A stretch of DNA of 62,368 nt from Myxococcales bacterium (GTDB lineage Bacteria; Myxococcota_A; UBA9042): the NCBI GenBank assembly GCA_037441385.1, contig JBBISH010000023.1, positions 1-62,368 on the forward strand, written 5' to 3'. The position numbers were made by a program, and so were the translations under genes. Of this stretch, positions 13,064 through 22,119 are shown in pieces. Within the stretch, counting starts at the first letter, position 1. Every line of letters starts with the position of its first letter. The notes below the pieces were generated by a model. It was not told the origin of the DNA and did not search any database. It saw only the letters and a list, made by a program, of their open reading frames with translations.

Positions 13064-13396
13064 CTACTGGCGCACTTCGACGACGCGCTCACCAGCGGTC
13101 ACTGCGCTCTCGACCGCCGGCCAGACCTGATCAAGCTGCCGCAGAAGTTCGCCGCGCCGGCAATTGCCCAAACGCAACCAGACTATCTGGGGACTGACCC
13201 GGACTTGAGCCGCGCGCAGCGCAAAGTCCTCGTCCTTGGTGACTAGCACGGCGCCGCGTGTCATGGCCGCGCGCCAGATGGTGCTGTCGTCGGCGTCGCG
13301 AAGCCCCAGGTCGCTCACATGCTCGGCACGGACGCCACGGTCCACTAGCCAACGCGCGAGCGCTACAGGCAGCTGGGCGTCGACCAAGAACCGCAC
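13064..13396 (-). CDS. DUF5615 PIN-like toxin
   Basis: RFLVDAQLP...D..IW...LVTKDEDF...WLRLGN; GTG start 1 nt after the DUF433 stop. Confidence 0.88.
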   Translation of the reverse strand: MRFLVDAQLPVALARWLVDRGVRAEHVSDLGLRDADDSTIWRAAMTRGAVLVTKDEDFALRAAQVRVSPQIVWLRLGNCRRGELLRQLDQVWPAVESAVTAGERVVEVRQ

Positions 13397-13397
13397 C

Positions 13398-13628
13398 TTA
13401 GGCCGCCAACACGATCGCGTGGTCGAGCTGCGCGGCGGCGTAATGCAGCGCAGCTGCGATGTCGTTAGCCTCCAGTTCTGGGTAGTCGCTGAGGATTTCG
13501 CCGACCGACGCACCGTGGGCCAGGAGTTCGAGTACGTCGCTGACGCGGATGCGCAGTCCGCGAATGCAGGGGCGACCGCCGCACTTGCCGGCCTGGATGG
13601 TAATACGCTCGAGTTGGGCACTGGTCAT
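13398..13628 (-). CDS. DUF433 antitoxin
   Basis: RITI..GKCGGRPCIRGLRIRV..VLELLA.G....EIL.DYPEL pattern. Confidence 0.92.
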   Translation of the reverse strand: MTSAQLERITIQAGKCGGRPCIRGLRIRVSDVLELLAHGASVGEILSDYPELEANDIAAALHYAAAQLDHAIVLAA

Positions 13629-13804
13629 CGTCGCTCCTCGGGGCCACGCCGCCAGGGCTCGGTGGCACAGGCGTCAGTCTAGCGAGTCGGCGTGGCTGGC
13701 GCCAGGGCCGGCAAGTGGCTTGGGCGTGGAGCAGTAATGCCGATGTGAACTGGGCCTTTTCCTCGCAAGCACGCACAAAATGTTAGTAGTTCTGTGGATT
13801 TGCG

Positions 13805-13832
13805 ATACAAGTTGCGGCGTCGCAACTTCTTG
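13805..13832. repeat. Island palindromic site 4 (ATACAAGTTGC GGCGTC GCAACTTCTTG)
   Basis: Lies between divergent TA modules and heads a short composite element ending at 13972. Confidence 0.9.
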
Positions 13833-13923
13833 CGCCGCGGGCCCGCGTCGAACCCGCAGCGGTCTAGGAACGCGGTGCAGGGAAGGGGCTCCTGTCGGCA
13901 CAGCACGCAAGTGGCAACGAGAT

Positions 13924-13972
13924 CGGGGATCTTCGCGATCTATCCGCTCCCTTACGGTCGCGGTTACTTAGG
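13924..13972. repeat. Hairpin motif B, copy a (CGGGGATCT...TATCCGCTCCCTTACGGTCGCGGTTACTTAGG)
   Basis: 46/49 identical to 15941-15989. Confidence 0.88.
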
Positions 13973-14145
13973 TGTGTTACTACCGTGGGATTCCTACTGT
14001 GCCGCGTAGCCGGCCGCGCCCCCACAGGCAACACCCCACACGCACAGACCTGTTGCGGAGCACAAGCCCAACTAGGTATCCTGCCGTGGGGTGCCGCTCC
14101 GGCCCAGCTCCAGCGCGGCAAGTTGTCGCGATTGCGTGGTTTCCG

Positions 14146-14415
14146 ATGATGCGTCGCAGGCGGCTCAAGCTGCCAGATTGGTACGACCGGGAGTTCGTCC
14201 TCTCAGTGCATGTCGAGCCCCGCATGGACGACCGCGACTTCAACGAGGCGATGTTGCGCCGCATGCTTCAAACCCCAAGGGAGATCCGGCCTGCTGTGTA
14301 CCCAGGACGATTCATCGTCCGCTGCGAGCTTGACGCACGCGCCTGGGTCGTCGTGGTGGAGCCGGACCTGGACGAACATACCGTCGTGGTCGTTACGGCC
14401 TATCGGCCGGGCTAG
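14146..14415 (+). CDS. DUF4258-like (BrnT/RelE-type) toxin
   Basis: SVHVEPRMDDR...WVVVVEPD...VVVTAY pattern, upstream of a DUF2283-like gene. Confidence 0.7.
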   Translation: MMRRRRLKLPDWYDREFVLSVHVEPRMDDRDFNEAMLRRMLQTPREIRPAVYPGRFIVRCELDARAWVVVVEPDLDEHTVVVVTAYRPG

Positions 14416-14423
14416 GGTGATCC

Positions 14424-14693
14424 ATGAGCTCTGTTTTTCTTGAGATTTCCTATCGCCACGGCAAGCCCTTCGCAGCCTATCTGCGTTTGCCGCGGCCGTC
14501 CGGCTCCAAGGTGGCCCGCACGGTCGAAGCGGCGCCAGGGATTCTGGCGGACCTGGACGCCGAAGGGCAGGTACTGGGCGTGGAGATCGTTCATCCTTCG
14601 CCACAAAGCGGGGAAGCGGTGCGGCGAGTCCTGGCCGAACTGCAGGGGCCACTGGTGGCCGAGTCGGAGTTTCAGCCCTTGATGGCTGCGTGA
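14424..14693 (+). CDS. DUF2283-like antitoxin
   Basis: AAYLRL...VARTVEAAPGILADLDAEGQVLGVEI pattern. Confidence 0.8.
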   Translation: MSSVFLEISYRHGKPFAAYLRLPRPSGSKVARTVEAAPGILADLDAEGQVLGVEIVHPSPQSGEAVRRVLAELQGPLVAESEFQPLMAA

Positions 14694-14763
14694 ATTGCCG
14701 GCCAAGGGGTCCTGTGGCGCTGCGTGCCGGAGCTTTGGCTCGGTGTCGATTTTCGGTTGAAAT

Positions 14764-14787
14764 TCAGGGTAACACAAGCTCTTTCAT
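14764..14787 (-). pseudogene. 7-codon stub (MKELVLP*), probable start of a DUF4276-type partner gene
   Basis: ATGA overlap with the ATPase stop, then a stop after 7 codons. Confidence 0.4.
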
Positions 14788-15255
14788 TGTGGGTCGGCTC
14801 CCGTGAAGAAGCCTTGCTTCCAAAGTGAGCCCATCTGGTCGCCGTCGGCCACGTAGGCGTTGATCTGTGGATCGTCGCTGGCGCGGCAAACATGGGTATA
14901 GCCGCCCTTCTTGGCCAACCACAACACCTCGCCGACCGCGCAGGCATTGAGGAAGTCCGGGCAGTGGGTCGAGACCAGCACCTGACCGCCGCGCTGGGAA
15001 TACAGGCGAAATTCCTCGGCCAACTCGCGCATGAGCTTGGGATACAGCTGGTTCTCGGGCTCCTCGACGCACAGCAGCGGGTGGGGCTTTGGGTCGTAGA
15101 GCAGGACCAAGTAGGCGAACATCTTGATGGTGCCATCCGAGACATAGCGGTCCAAGAACGGCGTCTTGAAGGTGCCGTCTTGAAATCGCAACGTCAGGTA
15201 GCCATCGTCCATCAGCAACGGCTGCACCGACTGGACCCCCGGCACTCGCCGCGCC
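14784..15255 (-). pseudogene. C-terminal fragment of an ABC/AAA_21-type ATPase
   Basis: SDGT signature, CVEEPEN Walker B/D-loop and STH motif; no Walker A. The upstream frame runs antisense into the lipoprotein gene. Confidence 0.8.
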
Positions 15256-15423
15256 TGCGTGACCACCCCCCGCAAACAGGTATGTGCTCGTGTGCACACG
15301 CCCCCTGTGCGCCCGGTCAGCGAGGTCGGCAGGGGAGGCCAGGCCGCACGGCAGGGACCGTTCAGCTGCGTCTGTTCTCGCAAACCTGGCTCTTCGCACA
15401 GAAAGGCCCGGAGGATCCACCCC

Positions 15424-15903
15424 ATGAAGTATTTGGCCATTGGCAGCGTCGCCTGCCTCCTCGCGCTCAGCGTCGCCTGCACCAGCAACAGCGGTGGCGG
15501 TGGTGGCGCTGGTGGTGGCGGCGGCGGCGGCGGCGGAACCTCGGCCGACACCGCGACAAACTCGGGCAGCGACACCAAGTCGAGCACGGACACCGCCGCG
15601 GGCACCAAGGAGCGCACCTTCTCGGGTTCGTGCACAGGCAAGGACGGCGTCTGCATGTCGCAGTGGGACGTCCCGGTCGACGGCATGGACATGGCCAAGG
15701 TTTTTGCCAGCGTCTGCAAGACCAACGAGGGCACCTACTCGGCGACCGTGGTCTGCTCGGGCGGCACCCCGGGCTGCTGCACGCTGCCGCCGCAGAGCGC
15801 CGATGGTCCGCGCGTCAAGTACTGCTACAAGGTCACCGACGGCGACCCCGATGGCATCTTGAAGAAGCAGTGCCTGGACGGATTCCAGGGCACTTGGGAG
15901 TAG
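15424..15903 (+). CDS. Cys-rich lipoprotein
   Basis: MKYL...LSVAC lipobox, poly-Gly linker, 8 further Cys. Confidence 0.75.
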   Translation: MKYLAIGSVACLLALSVACTSNSGGGGGAGGGGGGGGGTSADTATNSGSDTKSSTDTAAGTKERTFSGSCTGKDGVCMSQWDVPVDGMDMAKVFASVCKTNEGTYSATVVCSGGTPGCCTLPPQSADGPRVKYCYKVTDGDPDGILKKQCLDGFQGTWE

Positions 15904-15940
15904 GGGCGCTGGCAGCAGAGGGCGCCAGCGGTGTCGTGAC

Positions 15941-15989
15941 CGGGGATCTTCGCGACCTATCCGCTCCCTCACGGTCGCGGTTATTTAGG
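15941..15989. repeat. Hairpin motif B, copy b
   Basis: CGGGGATCTTCGCGACCTATCCGCTCCCTCACGGTCGCGGTTATTTAGG. Confidence 0.88.
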
Positions 15990-16131
15990 CGTGGTGCACA
16001 CTTAGCCTACCTGCGCGGTCGCACAGCCCGCCTGCCGCCATCGCCGCCACCGCAGATGACGCCACCGCCAAAACCCGCTAGGCTGCGCCGCCTTCCACGG
16101 CGCCCGCCACGGGCGCCCCGCGAGCCGCAGC

Positions 16132-19100
16132 ATGTCCACCTCCGCCGACCCGGTTGACGCCTTTCTGTTCGACTTCGACGCTTTGCACGAGCACGCCTCG
16201 GCCGCGGTGGTGCGCGCCGGGTTGCAGGCCTTCAAAGACAACCGCGTCATCGAATTCGCCTCGGACAGCGAGTTTCTGCAGGCGACGGTGGTCGACGAGC
16301 GCGACGCTCACTACCTCGTGGAAGGCGCTCGGGATTCTGGCGGCGCGGCCCAGCTCGACTGCACCTGCGATTGGGACGCCGAGCCCTGGTGTCCACACAT
16401 CGTGGCGAGTCTGCTCGCGCACATGGCTCGCCAGCAGGTCAGCGAAGCGCAAGTGCTTTCGGCCGCAGAGGCTGCGGTGGCCGAGCGCGTGCAGGCCGCC
16501 CGGACCGAGGTCAGCGTCACCCATGTCTCGGGCGACCCGGCGTTTGGCACTTGGGAGGCCAAGTCGGCGAAGTCGTCGGCGGCGGCGCTGCGGCCGTATA
16601 CGGTGGTGATTCGCTCGGTCAGCGAGCGGCTGAACACCTGTACCTGCCCGGACTTTGCTTACAATCGCCTGGGCACCTGCAAGCACATCGAGGCGGTGCT
16701 GATTCGCTTGCGCAAACGCCGCGCCAAGCAGCGGCCGTCCTCGGTGGCGGTGGTGCACCTGGCCTGGGACGTGCCCGAGGCGCCGAGGGTGCGGGTGCGG
16801 CGGCCGCCGGCCTGCCCTAGCGACCTGACGTTGCTGCTGGACCGGCACTTTGACGCGGGCGGGTTCCTGCGCGGCGCGCTGCCCGAGGCGTGGTACGCGC
16901 TGGAGAGCGAAGTGGCCGGGCTGCCCGCGGTGGCCCTGGGCGAAGACGCCGCCCAGCACGCCCGCCGCCTGGCCGAAGACGCCCTGCATGCCCGCCGGCA
17001 GGCGGCGATCCACAGCGAGATCCTGCAGCACGGTCGGATGTTGCCGGGGATGAAACTGCCGCTGCTGCCCTACCAGGTGCAAGGCGCGGCGTTCTTGGCG
17101 GCGACTGGCCGGGCGCTGCTGGCCGACGACATGGGCCTGGGCAAGACGGTACAGGCCATCGCCGCGGCGCATTGGCTCATCCAAAATGCCGGGGTGCGGC
17201 GGGTGCTGGTCGTCGCGCCCACCTCGAACAAGGCGCACTGGAAGAGTGAGGTGCTGAAATTCACGGGCCATCAGGCCGAAGTGGTCGACGGCGGCGCCAA
17301 GCAGCGCGAGGCCCTATACGCCAGCGCGATCCCGTTCCTGGTGGTGCACTACGAGCAAGTCCGCAGCGATCAGAGCCTTTTGTGCGACAAGTACCCGACC
17401 GACGTGCTGGTGCTGGACGAGGCGCAGCGCATCAAGAACTGGCGCACCCGCACGGCGTCGGTGGTCAAGGCGCTGCCGGCGCGCTATGTGTTTGCCCTGT
17501 CGGGAACGCCGCTGGAGAACCGCCTGGAAGAGCTGTACAGCCTGATGCAGCGCATCGACAACCGCGTGCTGGGGCCGCTGTGGCGCTTCAAGCTCGATTT
17601 CTCGGTGACGGATCCCCAGGGCCGCGAGCTGACCTACCGCAACCTGGGCGAGCTGCGCCAGCGCCTGGCGCCGGTGATGCTGCGCCGCGACCGTGCCATC
17701 ATCGCCGATCAGCTGCCGGCCCGCACGGACCAAGAATTGCGGGTGCCCATGACGGCGCGGCAACGCGAGCTGCACGACAGCGCGGTCCACCAAGCGGGGA
17801 CGCTGGCGGCGATCAGCAAGAAGCGCAAGCTGACCAAGTACGAAGAGAACCGCCTGATGGCGGCCCTGCAAACCGCGCGGATGGCCTGCAACGCCGCCGG
17901 GCTGGTGGACAAGCAGACCCAGGGCTCGCCCAAGCTCGACGAATTCGCTCGGCTCATCGAGACGTTGTGCCAAGGCGAGCGGCGCAAGGTGGTGGTATTC
18001 AGCCAGTGGGAACTGATGACGCAGATGGCCGGCGACGTGTTGGACCAGCTTGGCGTGGGTTTTGTGAGTCTGCACGGCGGGGTGCCGGTCAAACACCGCC
18101 CACAGCTGATCGAGCAGTTCGAGCAGGACCCGGCGACCATGGTGTTCCTGTCGACTGATGCCGGCGCCACCGGCCTGAACCTGCAGGTGGCGAGCGCGCT
18201 GATTGTCTTGGATTTGCCGTGGAATCCAGCCGTGCTGGACCAGCGCATCGCCCGCATCCACCGCCTAAGGCAGAACCGCAACGTGCTGGTCATCAAGCTG
18301 ATTGCCGCCGGCAGCTACGAAGAGCGGGTGGCCGAGCTGATCGCCGGCAAGCGCCAGCTATTTGCCGCGGCCATCGAGGAAGGCAGCGACCAAGAGGTGG
18401 TGGGGATCTCCAAGAAGATGATTGCGCTGGCGTTGTCGACGCTGGACGACCTGGGCGAGCGGCCCAAGGGCGCGGCTGACCCCGAACAGGCCCAGGGCGC
18501 AGAAGGGGTGGGCCAGGAGTTGCTGGATCAAGAAGTGCTGGTCGAGACCGCAGCGCCGGACCTGCCGCTTGCCGAAGAACCGCTGCCGGAGCCGCTGGAT
18601 CAGCCCGAGCAGCCCGCAGAACCCGAAGTTGGGCTGCCGGCGCCGGATTCGGCCATGACAGGTCAGTTTGTGCCCACGGATCTGCGAGTAGAGCCGGTGC
18701 TGCAGGCCATCGAGGCGCTGACGCGCGAGCTGGGTGCGGCCCTGGAGCGGGTGCTGGTGGCCCGCAGCGGCGTGGTGGCCATCGTCGACCAGCTAACGGA
18801 TCAGGCGATGCAGGTGGGCGTCTCGATTGGCGAACGCTGCCGGACCGAGGTGGCCGTGCTGGACCCGCGCACCTGGGCCAGTCTGCAGCGCATGGGCGGC
18901 GCGGCGGCCACGGGCGAGGTGGAAGAGCGCTACCGCCGCGAAGAGCCGGCCGCGGTGAGCGAGTCGCCGCTGCTGGCGATGGCGCGTCGCAAAGTCACGT
19001 CGGCGCGGGTGCTTTTGGCCAGCGACTGTGCCGGCGATGCGGCGACCCTGCTGGCCGACGCGCTGCGCTTGGCGCTGGCGGGCCGGGCTGGGCGCGGCGA

Positions 19101-19278
19101 GGCCTTTGATCCGCCGGCGATGATTGGCTGGCTCTACGGCGAGGGCCGGCAGCTGGCGGCGGTGCGTCCGGGCGAGGCGGAAGCCTATTTGACGCTGCAG
19201 GGGCTGGCTGCGGCCGGCGAGGTGCCCGCCGAGGCGGTGGAGCCGCTGCTGGGTGTGGTGGTGGCGGCGGTGGGTTGA
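16132..19278 (+). CDS. SWIM-SWIM-SNF2 helicase/ATPase with C-terminal extension
   Basis: CTCD..CPH and CTCPD..CKH SWIM motifs; LADDMGLGKT, DEAQ, SGTPLEN and WNPAVLDQRIARIHR motifs. Confidence 0.9.
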   Translation: MSTSADPVDAFLFDFDALHEHASAAVVRAGLQAFKDNRVIEFASDSEFLQATVVDERDAHYLVEGARDSGGAAQLDCTCDWDAEPWCPHIVASLLAHMARQQVSEAQVLSAAEAAVAERVQAARTEVSVTHVSGDPAFGTWEAKSAKSSAAALRPYTVVIRSVSERLNTCTCPDFAYNRLGTCKHIEAVLIRLRKRRAKQRPSSVAVVHLAWDVPEAPRVRVRRPPACPSDLTLLLDRHFDAGGFLRGALPEAWYALESEVAGLPAVALGEDAAQHARRLAEDALHARRQAAIHSEILQHGRMLPGMKLPLLPYQVQGAAFLAATGRALLADDMGLGKTVQAIAAAHWLIQNAGVRRVLVVAPTSNKAHWKSEVLKFTGHQAEVVDGGAKQREALYASAIPFLVVHYEQVRSDQSLLCDKYPTDVLVLDEAQRIKNWRTRTASVVKALPARYVFALSGTPLENRLEELYSLMQRIDNRVLGPLWRFKLDFSVTDPQGRELTYRNLGELRQRLAPVMLRRDRAIIADQLPARTDQELRVPMTARQRELHDSAVHQAGTLAAISKKRKLTKYEENRLMAALQTARMACNAAGLVDKQTQGSPKLDEFARLIETLCQGERRKVVVFSQWELMTQMAGDVLDQLGVGFVSLHGGVPVKHRPQLIEQFEQDPATMVFLSTDAGATGLNLQVASALIVLDLPWNPAVLDQRIARIHRLRQNRNVLVIKLIAAGSYEERVAELIAGKRQLFAAAIEEGSDQEVVGISKKMIALALSTLDDLGERPKGAADPEQAQGAEGVGQELLDQEVLVETAAPDLPLAEEPLPEPLDQPEQPAEPEVGLPAPDSAMTGQFVPTDLRVEPVLQAIEALTRELGAALERVLVARSGVVAIVDQLTDQAMQVGVSIGERCRTEVAVLDPRTWASLQRMGGAAATGEVEERYRREEPAAVSESPLLAMARRKVTSARVLLASDCAGDAATLLADALRLALAGRAGRGEAFDPPAMIGWLYGEGRQLAAVRPGEAEAYLTLQGLAAAGEVPAEAVEPLLGVVVAAVG

Positions 19279-19561
19279 AGTTGCCTGCCTTACCGCTTGC
19301 CTCCCACGCAAATGCAGGTGCTGTATCGTCCAGTTAGCCGGGGTCGCCCCCTGTCCGATTCTGCGGCACATGCAGAATCTACGGCAATGCCGGCCAATTC
19401 GGGTGGCCCAGCCGCTGAAGGGGCGGGCTATCATGACGCCGTCCTTCTGCAAGGACGGCTAGGTCAAGAACACAAAAGTACCGGACTATTGCAGGCTTGC
19501 CTGACCATGGATGAAGCCGCGACGCGCCTCCTCCAGCCGGGCCACGGCCCCAACCGCACCC

Positions 19562-19590
19562 TTGACCGCAAGCTGTACGAACCGTACAGT
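19562..19590 (+). promoter_or_regulatory. Sigma70 promoter with overlapping palindromic operator of the phd-vapC pair
   Basis: TTGACC-17 bp-TACAGT; CTGTACG-AAC-CGTACAG inverted repeat at 19573-19589. Confidence 0.75.
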
Positions 19591-19608
19591 TCGATTCGGA
19601 GGTAGGCG

Positions 19609-19848
19609 ATGGAACACTGCGGCGCCGAAGAAGCCCGAGCCAACTTGGCGGTCCTGCTGGAGCGCGCCCACCGCGGCGAGACGACGGTGGTGACGCGCCG
19701 GGGCGAAGCGTGGGCTGCCATCGCGCCCCTCAGCGCCGTACCGCCCGCTGCGGCTCTCTCGCCCGCGGATTTGCGCGGCTCGGGCAAGGGCCTGTGGGGT
19801 GCCGACCCGGCCGCGACCGTGGCGGCCATGCGCGACGAATGGACCTGA
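19609..19848 (+). CDS. Phd/YefM-family antitoxin
   Basis: EEARANLAVLLERAHRGETTVVTRRG pattern; GGAGG RBS. Confidence 0.88.
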   Translation: MEHCGAEEARANLAVLLERAHRGETTVVTRRGEAWAAIAPLSAVPPAAALSPADLRGSGKGLWGADPAATVAAMRDEWT

Positions 19849-20276
19849 GCCTCGACCTGAGCCTCCTCCCTGCGGGCGCCGAGGTGCTGTTCGACAGCGC
19901 ACCGCTCATCTATTGGTTCGAGGACCATCCTCTGGCCGAGCGGTTTGCGCCGCTGTTTCAAGCGGTGGCCGCAGGTCGCCTGCGCGCAGTGGTGACGCCG
20001 ATCGCCGTGGCGGAGGTCGTGGCCGGGCCCCTGCGCGCCGGCAAAGAGGCACTGGCCGAGCGCTACCGCCAGGCGCTGTGCCACGGCCACCACTGGCGGC
20101 TGGTGCCGATCGATGCCGAGATCGCCATGCTGGCGGCCCGCTTGCGGGTGGCGCACCAGCTACGCTTGCCCGACGCCCTCCAGGCCGCGACGGCGCTCCA
20201 CGTCGGATGCGCCGCGTTGGTGAGTCACGACCGCGACTTTCGCGGCATCGACGGGCTTGCCGTGCTGGGAGTCTGA
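19839..20276 (+). CDS. VapC/PIN-domain toxin
   Basis: LFDSAPLIY...AEV...LRLPDALQAATA...LVSHDRDF pattern. Confidence 0.9.
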   Translation: MDLSLDLSLLPAGAEVLFDSAPLIYWFEDHPLAERFAPLFQAVAAGRLRAVVTPIAVAEVVAGPLRAGKEALAERYRQALCHGHHWRLVPIDAEIAMLAARLRVAHQLRLPDALQAATALHVGCAALVSHDRDFRGIDGLAVLGV

Positions 20277-20344
20277 CGCGGACTCAAGTGGACGCACCCT
20301 GGCGCGGTAGGGACGGAAAGTAGCTGCATAGTTCGATGGATGTC

Positions 20345-20372
20345 GAGGGAGTTGCGGCGCGGCAACTTGGGG
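20345..20372. repeat. Island palindromic site 5 (GAGGGAGTTGC GGCGCG GCAACTTGGGG)
   Basis: Degenerate copy with the shared flank (GGAAAGT...ATAGTTC). Confidence 0.75.
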
Positions 20373-20573
20373 CGGTGCGTGGCGCGGAGTGCGGGGGCCG
20401 CGTCGTCGCCAGCAGTCAAGGGCGGCGCCGCCGGCACAGCGGACCCTTGACTTCCGGGGGCGGCGTGGACATTCCCGCAGAACTACAAGAACAGTCGACG
20501 CTTGCGAAGGCCAATTCGATCGGGATTGCCATCAGCACGCGAGCAGGTTACGGTCTGGGCGTGTCTGTCTTGA

Positions 20574-21038
20574 TTGCGCTGGGGCAGTACAGAAGGACTC
20601 CTGGAAACCTACGCCGTTCTGGTGGTGCAGCTGGACCAAGACGTGCTTCGTCTGGCTGAGTTCGCCCCCTACCCATCTGCGCTGGCGCTCTGTGACGAAG
20701 TGCATCGCTGGCTTGGGCTTGGCCAGCGCAAGGCCCAGGTCGTGGTGGCACTGCCAGCGCCATCGACGGATGCGTGGCTGTTGGCGAGGGTGGCCCCAGA
20801 GCTGGCGGTCGAGGAAGTGACCAACCCCAAAGCGCAACTGCTGGGCCTTGGTATTGCCCCAGGAGCGCCCCACTACCAGCGTGCCTGGGCAGGTTCGGCG
20901 GGGTTTCCCGGGGCTGAATTGGCGGCGTTGCAGAGCCGTGTTCCGGAGTTGCGGCGGTTTGTTGCGAAGGTGGCAGGCGTGTTGGCTGGGCGAGGCGGAG
21001 GCCTACCTGACGCTGTAGGGCCTGGCGGCGGCGGGTGA
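20574..21038 (+). pseudogene. 5'-truncated DUF4276-like protein
   Basis: VVQLDQD...PAPSTDAWLLA...NPK...RRF pattern; N-terminal part absent; 3' end runs into a duplicated SNF2 tail. Confidence 0.5.
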
Positions 21039-21104
21039 CGTGCCGGCGGAGGCGGTGGCGGAGCCGCTGCTGGGTGTGGTGGCGGTGGCGGTGGGGTAGG
21101 TTGA
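20988..21104 (+). repeat. Degenerate duplicate of the 3' end (19170-19278) of the SWIM-SNF2 gene
   Basis: GGGCGAGGCGGAGGCCTACCTGACGCTG...GAGCCGCTGCTGGGTGTGGTGG; CAG changed to TAG. Confidence 0.85.
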
Positions 21105-21207
21105 GTGGCATGGCGGCGTGCCGACTCCCCGGGGTCAGTAATACCGATTTAAACTCAGCTTGTCGCCATCCATCGACGAAGAATCTGACCTAGTTTTGAA
21201 TAGCTGC

Positions 21208-21235
21208 CAACAAGTTGCGGCGCCGCAACTTCTCC
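21208..21235. repeat. Island palindromic site 6 (CAACAAGTTGC GGCGCC GCAACTTCTCC)
   Basis: Perfect 20-bp palindrome AAGTTGCGGCGCCGCAACTT. Confidence 0.9.
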
Positions 21236-21256
21236 CCCCGCGTAGGCCTCGGCGTC

Positions 21257-21943
21257 CTACAGCGCCGCCAGCCACGCCTCCAGCGCCGCCCGCGCCGCCT
21301 CCAAGTCCTTGCGCAGCTGCGTGCGGGCCTTGTCGTCCAGGCCCTTGAGCTGCGGCTTCTTGCCCAGCGCCTTGACCGCCCGCCCCACGGCGCCGGCCTG
21401 CTTGACGGTGGCGTGCAGCGGCGGTCGCCCGCCCTTGCCCAAGAGCCCATGCTCATGGCGGAACTGGCTCACCTCCACCTCGGTGCGGTCCAGCGACCAG
21501 CTCTGATCCACGGCGCGCACCGCCAGCTGGGCGCGGTCGGCCACCGAGCCCACCACCGCCAGGGCCTTGAGGTGACTGGGGCTCAGCTGGCCCTGGATGG
21601 CGCGCGGCAGCGACAGGTTGATGTCCCAGGCGCGGATGGCGGCGCGGACTTGGTCGAGCGATACACCCAGAAACGCCAGCCTGTCGCCGTGTTGCTCCAG
21701 CAACAGCCGCAGCGGCGCGTCTTGGGCGGCCGAGCGGTCGCGGGTCGCGGCCAGATCCCCGGCGTACAGCTCTTCCACGGCGGCGCGGCCCAGGGCGAGG
21801 ACGCCAGCGATCAGGTGCTGGGTGCGGATGGTCTCGACGCGGGCGAGGAAGCTCTCGCAGCGGGTAGCGAGGTCGAGTGGCGGTGGGATGCCGGCGTCGT
21901 CTTGGGAGGCGAGGTCTCGATCGATGGTTGGCAGGTTTTGCAT
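21257..21943 (-). CDS. Putative DNA-binding protein with a ParB/KorB-like HTH region and no CTPase domain
   Basis: LAFLGVSLDQV...LPRAIQGQLSPSHLKAL...RAQLAVRAVDQSWSLDRTEVEV resembles the Spo0J DNA-binding domain (also DUF1016 N-terminus); AAGGAG RBS. Confidence 0.6.
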   Translation of the reverse strand: MQNLPTIDRDLASQDDAGIPPPLDLATRCESFLARVETIRTQHLIAGVLALGRAAVEELYAGDLAATRDRSAAQDAPLRLLLEQHGDRLAFLGVSLDQVRAAIRAWDINLSLPRAIQGQLSPSHLKALAVVGSVADRAQLAVRAVDQSWSLDRTEVEVSQFRHEHGLLGKGGRPPLHATVKQAGAVGRAVKALGKKPQLKGLDDKARTQLRKDLEAARAALEAWLAAL

Positions 21944-22119
21944 GGGCGACTCCTTGCGGTGGCGGTTGAGTTTGACCTGGGGATTTTGCGGTGACAAGGG
22001 GCGATGCAAGCTTGGACCTGGTGCCCGCGGCTGACGCGCGCCGACTGACGCGCGCCGACCTCTCGCGGCGGCACTCCGGACCCGCTACACTCGCAGCCGC
22101 CTCACGCCGGAGTGTGCCC

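Noticed and set aside
14784..15734. 316-aa ORF as an intact gene
   Set aside because: Its N-terminal half is the antisense of the lipoprotein gene; only the C-terminal ATPase fragment is real.
21136..21160. CAGTAATACCGATTTAAACTCAG as an IS end
   Set aside because: No partner inverted repeat or transposase seen.
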